Part shown: positions 24,810 through 37,919 of the stretch, piece by piece
How positions within the stretch are numbered: position 1 is the stretch's first letter
Layout: every line of letters begins with the position of its first letter
DNA from: Octopus sinensis
Taxonomy: Eukaryota
NCBI RefSeq assembly: GCF_006345805.1
Contig: NC_043020.1
Span: forward strand, 21,018,001 to 21,082,000
Length of the DNA: 64,000 nucleotides
Reading direction: 5' to 3'
Notes under the pieces: generated by a model
What the model saw: only the letters and a program-made list of their open reading frames with translations
Told to the model about the DNA's origin: nothing
The model's database searches: none
Position numbers and translations under genes: made by a program

Positions 24810-25239
24810 TGTTGTGTCTGCCACTCCGATTGGCTGGTATTAGCGCAATTTCTCTCTTACTCTATCGCGCGCCAATATGTAACCCAACCAATCACAACCT
24901 TCAAATAAGTCCCGTGAGACAGTCTGTTCCAAACAAGCATTTGAGCCTACCCGTCAGCCATAAAAGCTCACCTCTTCCTAGGCTCGACGTCAGTTGGTTC
25001 CAGACCACTGACCACATAACAGCGACCTCCATCTTCGTCGCCATCATGATGTCTTTCACCAACGTCGTCACCAACATCTACACAGCACCAACACACTGTA
25101 CTGGTTCCTACATATCGCTGTTCGTGAGCTTTCCTCACCAGGATTAACAATAACATACAACTCACGCATGTAGATATATGAACAATTGTACATCAACCAC
25201 TTCCTTTCAGTTTGTGTATATATACGTGTGACTACAACA
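24810..25239 (+). mobile_element. Possible solo LTR
   Basis: TGTTGT...ACAACA ends, three CCAAT boxes, a TATA-like CATAAAAG at ~24959 and an Inr-like TCAGTT. No matching TSD. Confidence 0.35.
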
Positions 25240-25899
25240 AACGTATTTAAAGTTATCACCTTTGTTCCATGTATTTCTTTACCGGGTTACTACCACAATA
25301 ATATAACAGCCTTCTGAGCGGAGTCATTAGATGGAATACCACCTATCCATCTAAAGTATAAATAGAGCCTGAAAGATTGCTTTAAGATACATGGCATATT
25401 TTATAAATATGCCTATTTAAAGTATCATAAAAGCATGAAACTATTAGAAGCTCTTTCCATTGTGTATTTAAATTTATATTTATCTCTCACTAGTTGGCAT
25501 ACTTTTTTTTGCTGATTCTACTTCGGTTGGATCTTTAAACTGTGTGTGTGTGTATGTGTGCGTGTGAGTGTGTCTGTGTGTGTGTGTCTGTGTGTGTGCG
25601 CGTGTATGCATGTATGTATAAAAGTGTGCGTATATACATATAATGTATATACACATATATACATATATATACACTTACATATACATACATATATGCACAC
25701 ACACACATATATATACACACACAGTTGTCTTTTGATAAAATTGTCACCGAGCTCAATGCTTTGTGTCACATTTTTACAACCGCTAATATGTTTTTGTAAG
25801 CTTTAGTCTTCACTACAGTTTTTGTCTCCCATGGTTACAGATAGAGATAAACATATAACATGCAGCCACTACCACCATTTGATGCTCCGAGCGAGTGAC

Positions 25900-26161
25900 A
25901 GAGAAGATGTGATCTTCGGCCAGTCCTATATATAATGTATATATTCTTGTACCGGTTCCTGCCAGTTCAGCTTGAGGTATCTTGGTTGCGTGTGGACGGT
26001 GCGTAGTTTGGGAAGGTTAAGGATGAATGAAGGGACATATGTTCGTAAGAGTGGGCGTTGTGGGTCCTAACAAGTAGATAATTAATGTATAGAAGAAAGA
26101 GAGTGGTTGACGAAACCGAACCGTAGAGTACACCAGAAGTGATACTGTAGGACAGCATCAA
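25900..26161 (-). mobile_element. CR1/L2-like RT fragment
   Basis: SITSGVLYGSVSSTTLFLLYINYL resembles SGVPQGSVLGPxLFLLYINDL. Confidence 0.6.
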
Positions 26162-28529
26162 CTATGTAAACACACACATGCATTTGTTTGTTTGTATGCA
26201 TGCACGCCATATGACAGAGTATGTAATGTTTTAGCTCGTGTATTTGCACATACATATCTATACGTACTGACGTCACACGTTACAACATTACATCTGTACA
26301 AAACATAAGTTAAGCGTTATGATCTTTTACATTTATTTACAGTTCCATGTAATTCTTTCTATTGATCGATCTGCCTAGCGATCTATTGATCTCTCTTTCG
26401 ATTTTTCTATGGGTCTATCGAGCTATTGAACATATTTTCCTACGGCGGTTTTCGGTTATTTCTACCTTAAGCTTTCTCTTAGGTTATATTATTTATTTAG
26501 GCTTTTCTCTTGAAGCTAGGGAGAATATAATGATTTATCGTCACTCATACTAAAGTGTTATCATTGTATCTTTAACCCTAACTGCAGTTGTAACGTCATA
26601 TAGACATATACGCATGGAACGCTAACTCAACGACCATGTATGTTGAATATTTTAATCGTGTCCTTTAAACCGCTATAAGAAACATAAAGCAAAGATTACA
26701 GAAATGCATATTTATCTATGCTCAGTTGAAAAACAAACGTGAAGAGAAACATTTTCTTTTTAATTATTTTATTTATATAGATATAACATTTTATATTTAT
26801 TTACAAGAAGAAAGATAACTTAATCGTGAAGAAAAACGACTTTAAATTCCTTAGCTAATTTCTTTTTCTATCTAATACGTTGACCAACACATCAAAATAG
26901 ATTTGTGATTAACGTAGACATGGCATAAAAATGTACCGATGTCTCCAAAAGAGTGAGTGTCGGGGAGTTGAATGACTACCGAACGAACACTGAAATATCT
27001 TCCAAAATCCAGGGTTTTTATAACTGCTCACTTGACTCAAAAAGAATCGAAATTCATGACAGATATTCTTTACGAAACTTCTAGAATCTTTATATGAGCA
27101 GTTATATTAACCAATCGAAAAAAACGAAAATGATATTTCTTCGGCAAAGACATTACTCATATTGCCAATTCGCGCCACATTTCAAAATGGCTAAAATGGC
27201 TATTGCTACAATATCAATGGATCTGTCGATCTGTCTCTCCAATGATCTATCCGTCTATCTTTGGATCTATGGATCGGTTGATTCGGTTGATCTATCGTAT
27301 TTATTATCCATCTGTCAATCGATTTGTCTATCTATTCATCTATTGATCTGCCTATTCTTCTATCGATCTATTTGTTTGGTATTCTGTCTATCAATTTGTC
27401 TGTTTATCGATCTATTTGTCTATCGAGCAATTTGTTTATCTATATCCGTATGTTTATTTGTCTGTCTGTCTGTCTACCTATTTATGTCTCTTTCTCTATC
27501 GGATAGACAGGCAGATAAGTGTTTTGATCCTCTTTCTAAATTACTTTTTCTCTCTACATACCTTCTTTATAACATCGTCTCTCTCTCTTTCACTCACCAC
27601 CACATTAATGTTGTCACCTCTCACTCTTCCTTTTCTGTAGTAGAAGAGTGCAGTGTTATGAAATGCTAATTTACCACGAAATTTGAGAATGCCAAATATG
27701 AGTTGTTTACCAGACAGTAAGCTGGTTTAAATCTCGGGTCACATCCCTAGCTGGCCTTTATTGTTTAAACATGCGAACGATGTCGGCATTATTATATGCA
27801 GCGCTGAACCGTAAATCGCAAATGGTTGTGTGTTGTTTCAACTTTTGTGCTAATTGGCTACTTTTATCTTCGCTTCGTCAAAAAATTCATTTGCAGCGTT
27901 CTAGTCGGAGATGAGTGTGTACGGAGATTGAATGGTGCCATAGCAAAAGTGCATCAACTCCCTTCCTTAGTACCAACGCCACAAACACCCGGTGTTGCTA
28001 ATGATGTCAGCAAAAATTAGTCCTCTCCTCTACCCACGCCGCCGCTGCTACCAATAACTTTCCTTTAATTGCTGTTGATGGTATACTTGGTGTTGTTGCT
28101 GTTGGTGTACTCGATGTTGCTGTTTCTGTTTTTCTCGATGTTGTTGCTGCTGGTTGTCCTGCGAACTTTTTCCATTAGCAAGATATTTACATACTAAAAA
28201 CTTGGTTTGTCTAAGTAGGTTGCGAAGATTCCCAAGGTTCTATAAAAGAAAAGAATTCTGGAGATCCGGGGGATATGGTGCTTCAACGATAAAACTTAAT
28301 AGAAATATATTTTATACAAATATGTTTTTTAAATGGCTATGACTATTTTCAATATAAGCTAATAGATGTTTCTTTTTTTTTGCTTTTAAACCAGCATCAA
28401 CATCATTATCATCATCACTAAAAAGAAAGTACTCAAGACTGAAGACTCCCACCACTCCAGGTGATGAGATCAATGTGCATGTTGTTCAAAAGTTTTTGAA
28501 CATTGGACATATTTTGAAAAGACTATATA

Positions 28530-29598
28530 CAGGGTGCGATGGATAAATTGTCGCCAGTTTATAATTTTGGAGTTGGATGAGTCTAATGGTAATTACAAAG
28601 GTACAGCAGTTCGGAAAACTCACTCTGATCGTTCTAATGAGAAAAGAACTTCTGAATTTGTTGGTAGATCCGGGCCATGATTGACAACGATATCTCCAAG
28701 TCAATCAGGTCCATCGCCAGGGGCATGGAAGTGTCTGAGTTTCTTATCAGGTAGGTAGTGTATGAAGACATTCGGTATTCCTCATACAAGATGAGAAAGG
28801 GTCAAGTTTTATTCCAAGCCATCAAGGACAAGAGAAAAGACCGCACTACGAAGTTTTAAACAAACTCAAGCATCTCCTCCAACTTAACATACTTTGGTTT
28901 TTCTCAGACTAGGAAATTTTCTGCCAGGATCAGATTGTGAATACACAGAGCAACTGTTGGCTTGCCATGTCCCCAAAACATGTTCTGAGAGTGATAAAAC
29001 TCAAACATCCAGTTAACATCATTGTGTTGGAGTGATCACTAGTGATGGCGACGTTATGCCTCCATTAATCTTCCCACATGGCTCCAGACTCAACATGGAG
29101 GCCTAATCAAGTGCATGGAGGAGGTAGTGCTGCCCTGGGTCAAGAGGGTGGCTGCTGGAAGACCCTATGTCTGGAAACAAGACGCTGCACTATGCCACAC
29201 AAGCAGGAAAACCTAGTTATGGCTGTCAGACAATTTCTGTGACCACATCACCCATAACATCTGGCCACCTAACTCCCCAGACTGCAACCCCCTTGATTAT
29301 TATGTGTGGGGCACAGTTGAGCGAGAGTGCAACAAAACTCCTTGTAACACCAAAGATGAACTGAAGACAAGGATTATGGCAGCATTGACTTCTGGAGACA
29401 GTCCAGAAGAGTTGTAGGAGATTTTGAAGTCGTCTGGAGGCCGTGGTTGAAGCCAATGGTGATTTTTTTGAATAAATTTACTCTTTAGTATTTCAAGATA
29501 TTTTTATGTAATTTTGGTGAATATATCTGTTAAAATGAGATATCAGTGTTATTTTCATTTCTACGTAATTTAAACGACAATTTATTCACCGCAATCTG
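28530..29598 (+). mobile_element. Tc1/mariner-superfamily (maT/DD37D-like) transposon, decayed
   Basis: Imperfect ~26-bp TIRs (CAGGGTGCGATGGATAAATTGTCG), TA on both sides, and transposase motifs YVWKQDAA..H and WPPNSPDCNPLDYYVW. Confidence 0.88.
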
Positions 29599-29709
29599 TA
29601 TATTCACTGGCCACGTTTTTCAATTACAAATAACCGATCTACAGAGCCTTACCATGTTATAAAAGTTTTTAGGAAAGATATATATTTTGCTTAGTGTTAA
29701 TGATTCGAT

Positions 29710-29915
29710 CTAATAATGGTTTCAAATTTTGATACAAGGCCAGCAATTTCGGGGGAGGGGGAGTCGATTACTTCGACCGCAGTTCTCAACTGGTACTTAT
29801 TTTATCGACTCCGAAAGAATGAAAGGCAAAATCGACCTCGGTAGAATTCGAAATTAGATCATAAAGACAGACGAAATGCCATTTAGCATTTTGCCCTGCG
29901 GGCTAACGATTCCGC
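29710..29915 (-). mobile_element. tRNA-derived SINE, family 2
   Basis: Minus-strand B box-like TTCGAATTC and body GTCGAT...CTTTCAT..TTTCGG.GTCGATAAAATAAGTACCAGTTG. Related fragments at ~35675-35770, ~39930-40010 and ~42400-42480. Confidence 0.75.
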
Positions 29916-29953
29916 TTGCTTGATGTAATGTTATATATATATATATATATATA

Positions 29954-30007
<54 letters not shown>

Positions 30008-30010
<3 letters not shown>

Positions 30011-30140
30011 TGTTGTGTCTGGGGAGAATCATTTTCTTTTTGTGCCTTATAATTTAACACACTCACCGGTAAAATTTCCACTTATTTCTTATTTTTATTT
30101 TCCTAAAATTTTCGTTGTGTCTTGCAACCTTTTCAATAGT
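30008..30140 (-). repeat. Second copy of the 23532-23671 repeat
   Basis: Reverse-complement similarity. Confidence 0.85.
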
Positions 30141-30512
30141 CAAGACTAGTATTTCTTTACAAAACGTAGCTGTCGTCATCTCTTACACCCAGTAGTATAT
30201 AAATAAAATTACAGTTCCAAGAGGGAGGGTCCCCCTTCCATTCATAACATTGGCTACTCACGGGCTCGTGTTCAAAGGCAGAATCAATTAATGAAGCAAA
30301 GTTTTCATGACAACAAACAGTTTCGACTTTCCCTGTGAAGAAAATCTATCAAATTTCATTAGCTTAAATGACGGACAGACAGACGGAGATCAGCTTCTGT
30401 TTAATAGTATAATATATACACACACACATACATTGGATTGGAACGAAAGTTCGTATCGTTTTTCAGTTGGCGTTTAAACGTGTGATTTCGTTTCTCAATT
30501 GACAGAAGCATA

Positions 30513-30703
<191 letters not shown>

Positions 30704-30759
30704 AAGCCAAAAAAGAGAGAACAAATTTCAAAGGTCAGTGTTCATATTCACACTATATA

Positions 30760-32790
30760 TTTCAAAGCGTCGGAATACTCCACAGCATACATAACTGTAT
30801 TCATATACACAAGATATAATATAAAAATTTATAAATGTATAAATATATAAAAACGCATAAATGTACTTGCGAGGTTGTGTGTCCATATTAAAATCAATGA
30901 GCATATTAAAATATGCGGATGGTGAATGTATAGCGGTAATCCAAATATAAAATTATTGGTATAAAATTATTTTAAAAGTAATCTTGAGCAGGTGCAATGT
31001 CTGACGGCCGTTTCGAGAAGATATAGGTTGGTATTCCAAACATAACAATCATCTATATTTCTATCATCAGAGTTAATCTAAAGGATTTATAAAAGAGTTA
31101 TTTAAATCTTAAACTTTTAAGCAACATGAGAAATTTAAGAATTTTAAAAAATTGAATTCTGTGTCAGAACTTATTGTTCAGGTGGATGATATAATATGAG
31201 TTAAAATTACACGTTTAAATAAATTATGAAACTATAGACAATAATGTTTTAAGATGAATCCAAATACATAAAGGGTAACTAGGTTAAAATTATATAAACT
31301 AATTAAAAAAATTTTTTTTTTAAGTTGATAAATATTTATGTCTACAAAGAATAATGACATCCGAGATCTTGTTAGGTAAAAATTTTTTTTTGCCAACATG
31401 GGGTATACAGATCGTTTCTTTTGTGCATAATTTGCAGCTTCTGGTGTGTGCATTTTATGGTGTGGTTTCCGTTATAATAGACCAATCTAGACTGAATTCT
31501 TTATTGCGCATTTTTAATTTATTTATTTGAGTTGCCAGTGCAGTTGAATTTTTTGTGTCTTGAATAATAAATGAATTTGTGTGTGCCCTATATCTAGTTT
31601 TAAAATCAGTCGTACTTCTTGTGTAAATCTTTTTTGATTCACTAAGGGTTGAAACCTCAACTTTATATATGACATTTCTCTTTAAACAGAATCCCCTTAG
31701 GGGGCATAATTCCCTGTTACGGCAATTACATATTTTATTTCCATGCTTCGCCTTTATATTTTTAATATCAGGATTCTTGTTATTATTCTTCATATTAAGG
31801 TCAGCTATATTGTCATCTCTATCAATACTATTATTTCTGAGTTTAAATCTATTGTTGGCCGCAATTATAGATCCTAGGTTGGGCGTGGTTGAGTACGATA
31901 ATTTAAAGCGGGACCTATTAAAGATGGAAATGATATTTATGGCCTAATGAGAAATTCCTGTCAATAATCCTAAAAATAATTTAGGGAGGTTTCTGACTTG
32001 GAGCGAAAAAGGAGGGGGTGAACCAGATAATTTCCCTTTTCCTCACCGAGTTGTTTCTACTTTGCCCAGTATAGTTATTATTATTATAATTAAATGATTT
32101 ATAGTATCTTCCATTATGATGTCGGTTCTTATGCTGGGGGGGGGGTTCATGGGAGGTATGTCGATGTTTAATTTCGCAATATTTGGAAAACGTTTAACTA
32201 ATATTTAAATATTGTATTCTTAATATAATATATCTTTCTATTGAATTCACTGTCCTTCAATGCTTTATTATAAAAGGATGCAAAGTTACAAACAATGTTT
32301 TCGTTTGCAGATAAGTTAGAGATTCTTATCGACACACCTTTGACTACCCCCATTAATAACACTTTGGGGATAATTTGATAAGGCGTGGATATACTTAATG
32401 GTTTTATTATACTTATGGTCAGAGTGAAATAAGCTACCATCTAAATTTAATGTTACGTCCAATATGTCAACGCAGTGACATTTTCAAATATAGTTAAGTT
32501 ATATAACTTCAAAAATTTTATTAATCCTTTCTTTACCCTATCAGTTGCTTGTGCAGAGGAGATGGAAATAGCGAATAATGAATTGTCTCTATACAAACCT
32601 CCGCTGATATTAAAGAATTCTTCCTTAATTTTGAAGTAAGAATAGGCCGACAGTATCAGTGACCTGGGCAGAGTCCGAGCTTCCCATTGTAGTATCAAAG
32701 TCGTCTTGAAGGTTAAATCGGGTCCACGTCCTTGCGGTAAAAATATTTTTCTCTAAAGTATAAGTAAAATTCTCCGCAAAAGTGATTGCT
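30760..32790 (-). mobile_element. Decayed PLE (RT remnant, GIY-YIG, 3' region)
   Basis: GGLYRDN (RT), WFTPP, CNCRNRELCPLRGFC, NVIYKV, FKTRYRAHTNSF. Confidence 0.85.
31001..31072 (-). ncRNA. HHR motif with intact core
   Basis: CT-CTGATGA-TAGAAATATAG...CTATATCTTCTC-GAAA-CGGCCG-TC-AG. Stem III is the palindrome ACGGCCGT and the triplet is GUC. Stem I is weak. Confidence 0.65.
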
Positions 32791-32979
32791 TTATCAAGCA
32801 GGTCTGGCTTAATAGATTAATTACTACCGTCAAAGTTAGCTTTCCTTTTATGATTCAGTGAACAGAACCAAGTTATATTGTGACAGTGGCACTCTGAAAG
32901 GTGGCAGTATTTCAACACGTCTTTCTATATGATTACTGTATGGATAGTTTATTTCTACTGCTTTTTTTTACATTAAAAG

Positions 32980-33130
32980 GGAAGACGGAGGTAAAAGAGA
33001 TACACTTTCGTCATTTGATGCTCTTTTATTTCCGGAAAGGAAAAAATGCTATACAAACAGCAAAAAAGGTATGTGCAATTTATGTAGATGGTGGTATACT
33101 TTACACGGACCAGTCTATCTCTCGTAAGTG
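32980..33130 (+). mobile_element. Mariner transposase N-terminal fragment
   Basis: EIHFRHLMLFYFRKGKNAIQTAKKVCAIY...RKWF. Confidence 0.7.
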
Positions 33131-33496
33131 GTTCGCCTTATCCTCTTTTTCACTCTTCTTTTTCTTTCTCCTCTCTTTTCCTTCACCTAATCAAATGAAA
33201 GCGTTACAATTACATTCCCTCTACCTCACGTCATGGATGCTTCTCTCTTCCTCTTTTTCTCTCTCCCTCCTATCTCTCTCCCTCTTATCTCTCTCCCTCT
33301 TTTTCTCTCTCCCTCTTATCTCTCTCCCTCTTTTCTTTCCTCCTCTTTTTCTCTAATCACGAGAAAGAGTTTCTGACAAGCTAAGCAATGACAAGCAATG
33401 ACAAACGGAATGACAAGCAGAATTATTATAATATTCTTCCTTGACACTAGCGAGGTTAAGTTCGTCTCACATGTATTGAATATTTACTATTATTAT

Positions 33497-35590
33497 TGTT
33501 GTTTTGATAGTTACGACGCCCCCTTACGAGAGATAGACTGGTCCGTGTAAAGTATAAACAGTAACGATCCAAGTGCGTTCATAAGTTCAGAGTTCGGAGT
33601 CGCGTGAAGTTCGTGTTAGTTCGCAGTGAAGTCGGAAGGTGTTGGTAGGTTAATTCACAAGGAATATTGATTGTTGGATCGTAAAGAGATTTCTTAGTTC
33701 GTTATATTGTTGTTTACTGTTGTCTGGTTGTCTTATTTATTGTACGTAACAAATTAGGTTACAATATCTGATGACGAGGTTTTCGAAGCTTACGTTGGTT
33801 ATTTAACAAGTTGTTCGTGATACAACTTGTTAAATAATGGAATACTTATTAGCTTCCATAGTACAGTTGAAAAAGCAACAACAAGAACAGCAACAGGAGT
33901 TGAAGAAGCAACTATCGCAGCAGTAACTACAACAGTTATTGGAGCTATATTCAAACAAATCCAGACGGTGAATAGAATTCGATTAATGAATTCAGTTAAA
34001 CCTAGAGCAGGGTATAACTGTTGCATCGTACAACAGAAGGTAAGAGGAGAGTTTTAAGCAAGATTGCAACTCATGGTCGGACAAACAAAATGTGAGATTG
34101 TTATTGCGAAAATTAGCTCCGTTAGAGCAAGAACGTTACTGTAATTTCATATAGCCCAAAAATCTCAATGAAATTTGTTTTAAAGAAACAATAGAATTTA
34201 CTGTCTAACATATTCGAGGATAAAACTTCTCTATTTAACACTCGAATGGAATGTCGGAATATAACGAAAAAAGAGAATGATGATTTTATCACATATGCAC
34301 GAACAGTCAACAGGATGTGTGGAAATTTTTCAAAATTCAAGAAAAGGATTCCACAAAAATACAGATATACCGACCACAAAAGTACAACCAGAAATGAGCG
34401 CCATATCTAATCCATGTTATAGATGTGGTGGCATACATTTCAGAAAAGACAGTCCGTTTACAAAGCAAAAATGTAACAGATTCACAAGAATTCACACTGC
34501 AGAACAAAATTGCGAAGGTCAAACGTTAAAAGTGATATTTCAATAGTAAATATTGAGATGTGGAAGAAAATAAGGAAACTTATGTTGAGAAAAACAGCGA
34601 AATCTGCTCGTAGCATGACGAGCGACAAATTACATTTCATAGGCGAAAAGTGGACTAATATCACATTTCGAGGGAAAACATGCGAGGCGAAAGTCTTCGT
34701 CATTAAAAATACAACCGATCTGGTTGGTACCGATTGATTAGAATTATTCGATTTATGGGACTCCCCATAAATCTCTAATGGTTGTCCCTCTGAAAATAAT
34801 TCGTCTGAAGAGTTAAAGAGAAAAGGACACATATCGACTATGATGGACCTGTGAACGGCGCATACTATCTAATCGTTGTAGATTGCTATACAAGTGACCA
34901 GATGTATGCAGATGTAATAAACACACAGCAATGACAACAATAAAGTTATTAGTCGAGTTATTTGCTCGATACGGTGTGCCAGACACGTTAGTTTCGGATA
35001 ATGGAACACAACTCACGAAATATGAATTAAGAAAATTCTGCAAAATGCATGCCATAATGTACATCTTTACCCTTCCCTACCACCCGAGTTCAAATGGGCA
35101 GGCGGAAAGATTTGTCGACACGTTGAAAAGAGTTCTAAGAAAAGCTAGGAACGAGCTAAATAATGACGAGGCACTAACGAAATTTTTGAGAGTATATGGA
35201 ACAACGCGAAACCCAAATACTAATTCAGGAAAGTCAGCAGAGAAGTTAAAGCTCGCGCATTAAAGAAAATTGGTCTTCGATAAATTATTGCCAGGAAAAA
35301 ATACATGTAAAGGAAAGACAAACGATACTTTTGTAGGAAATGCAAGAAAAATTACAAAACATTTCGAAGTAGGAGATAAAGTTCATTTTAAAAATTACAA
35401 AAATGGTAAAGAAAATTAAAAGGATAGCTATGTAATGAAATGATTAGGTGACATGATATGTTTAACTGAAGGACAACGTTCGGGACATAAGGGACACCTG
35501 GACCAGATAAAGATGAAACACACAGAAGAACGAAAGGTAATACCAATGGAAGTCTTCTATGATATGTTTAAAGTGCCAGCACCTAGAGAT
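33497..35590 (+). mobile_element. RT-less Ty3/gypsy derivative (copy A), 3'-truncated
   Basis: 5' LTR at 33497-33766, degenerate PBS, gag, knuckle and protease remnants joined to the integrase core (HIDYDGP, VSDNG, HPSSNGQAERFV). Inverted homolog of 44342-46778. Confidence 0.88.
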
Positions 35591-35799
35591 ATTTTTAGCA
35601 TAAATTTCATTTTTTTATTATTATTATTAGTTTATTTTGTATTCTTTCTTGTATTTTGAATTTATAATTTCTTTGTTCAGAGTTCAAATCCCACCGTAAT
35701 CAATTTTTGTCCTTCAGAGTTGATAAAATAAAGTACTGGTCAAGATTTGGAATTGTTGTAATCGACTAGACCTCAAAAATTGTTAGCATAGATTAGAAA

Positions 35800-36560
35800 C
35801 AATGAATTCAAAAATTCTGAAGATTCAGAAAAATTATATTACATACATATAAGAGGGATGACTACTAAGTGGACATCCAATATGCTAGAAGTCTACCTCA
35901 TATGGTCTGACCGCTAAGAAAAGATTGTTCTTATATATGTAATGTAATTTTTCTGAGTCTTCAAATTTTTTTCAATATACTAGGCCACTGGTTTAAATTG
36001 ATGTTAATCAAATTAATATTCAATTTTTTACCCTTATTATTTAAATTTAAATAACCATGTTCTCTAACTGGCATGATTCACTGCAGAAAATTATTTTCTG
36101 CAGAGTTATTTCCGGTTTTTGGCGCGCCAAAACTGAGACATTTTCAAAATCGGCAAAACTATATGCATGTTCATTATCGTTGTGAACGTCTCGTCTTCAG
36201 TTCTGAAAGTTATATTTTGCTATGACGGTCAAACTGATGAATTGCGGACATTTACGTATATACTTACGTAAGTGGTAAAATGAAATCGGGTATATGACTA
36301 ATCATTATATTTTGTATCTTTTCATATGTTTTGCTTACGTTCTGGCGTTTATTGAATTTTCTGGAGAACAATCTATTCTTAGTGGTCAGACTATATGGAG
36401 TCTACTTCTAGCATATTGGATGTCCACTCAGTGGTCATCCCTCTTATATGTAATATAATCTTTCTGAATCTTCAGAATTTTCAATGTGCTAGGTCATTTA
36501 AATTGATTTTAATCAAATTAATATTCAATTTTTTTACCCTTATTATTTAAATTTATATAT
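35800..36560. repeat. Rearranged repeat with ~125-bp inverted arms plus a direct duplication
   Basis: 35805-35930 is inverted at 36366-36490. 35990-36050 is repeated directly at 36497-36555. Related to 11370-11500. Confidence 0.75.
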
Positions 36561-36573
36561 ATTTATATATATA

Positions 36574-36946
36574 CTAGCAGTATCGCCCGGCGTTGCTCAG
36601 GTTTGTAAGGTAAATAACTATAAAGCATTTTTAGAGAGTTATAGCCAAAAAATGGAAAAAAATATGGCAAATTTTTTTTGAGAGTTAAAAAAGGATGGAG
36701 TTGCGTCCCCTAGACAGTTTGTGGTTCGTGTTTCTGATTCTCGACCCCATGTCGAATTTATCGATTTTTTTCAGAACTGGGGGAACTTTTCAAAATTTTC
36801 GCTGCGTTAGTTTTGAATTATGACATTAGGCTATGTGTGTGTCAAGTTTCATCAGAATCGGTTGAAAGCCGTGGTCAGGGTGAGGGTACAAGCAAACAGA
36901 CACACAGAAACACGCACAGACAAACTGCCGTTTATATATAGAGAGA
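36574..36946 (-). mobile_element. Complete non-autonomous Helitron
   Basis: 5' TC, subterminal GAGCAACGCCGGGCGATACTG then 3' CTAG, inserted between A and T. Confidence 0.85.
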
Positions 36947-36990
36947 TATAGCCACTAAACCTTTTCTCTCTCTGTTTATTTCTGTGTTCC

Positions 36991-37024
36991 TTTCTGTTGA
37001 AGAGCGTAGGCTCGAAATGTAAAA
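36991..37024 (+). ncRNA. Minimal HHR-like motif, same family as 13142-13177, in a pseudo-LTR fragment (~36955-37110)
   Basis: TTT-CTGTTGA-A-GAG(CGTAGG)CTC-GAAA-TG-TA-AAA. Confidence 0.5.
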
Positions 37025-37919
37025 TACTTTCTCACTTTCCGAGCGTTAAACTAATACATCTGTTCGTTGTTTACACACCCGTCTTCGTCTTTTGTTTTTT
37101 TTAAATTCCAACTATATATATATCTACAATTATATATATATATATATATATAAAAAGCAATAAAGATTCAAGTTAATTTAAATGAATTTACTTGAATATG
37201 GTACCTAACTTAGATGCACCAAAAAAAACTATACTGTTTTAACAATACAGTAATGTGGGGTGATTATAAGCGAGAAAGAAGCAACAAGAATGGATAGGTT
37301 TTTAGTACAATCGTTTCATACAAGGACAGGCTTTATTAAAAGTTGTAAAAATTACAGCATATAAACGTGTCCCGTACTCATCAGCTAAAATACATGTGAG
37401 TTCTCTAGACATCCTAGTGGTTGAGGCTATACTCATGAAGTAATGTAGATAATTAAGTAACATAAACAGATTTCCAAAGTTCATTAAAGTTCTTTAAAGA
37501 TGATGTACAGTCTTATCACAGAATTTTAAAAAGGTTCTAATAGCATCACAGAGAAGGTGACCTAATCCATAGAGCACATATGAATTTCCAGAGATATGAT
37601 GAGGGATTACATACTCACAGAAGACAAATTTATCCATTGTTAATCACAACGAGGTGGGTCTCAATTCCTGCTTATTAGCATTACAGAGAGGTGAATTAAT
37701 CCTTTGTATAGATGCACAATTTCCAATGGTGTAGATGTAAGTTTCCAGAGAAATGAAGAGGAATTTCATATTCACAGGCGATAAGTTTATCAATGGTTGA
37801 ACACAATGAGGTAGGTATCAATTCTTGTTATATGATTAGGTATTTGCCACATTAATCACATTACTGCTATTTACAAGAGGCTGTAGCTATTTAACTTATA
37901 AAGGCTGAAGGGCCTTCTG

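Noticed and set aside
37539-37830. Degenerate ~140-bp tandem duplication
   Set aside because: It is real, but I found no coding or structural signal to interpret.
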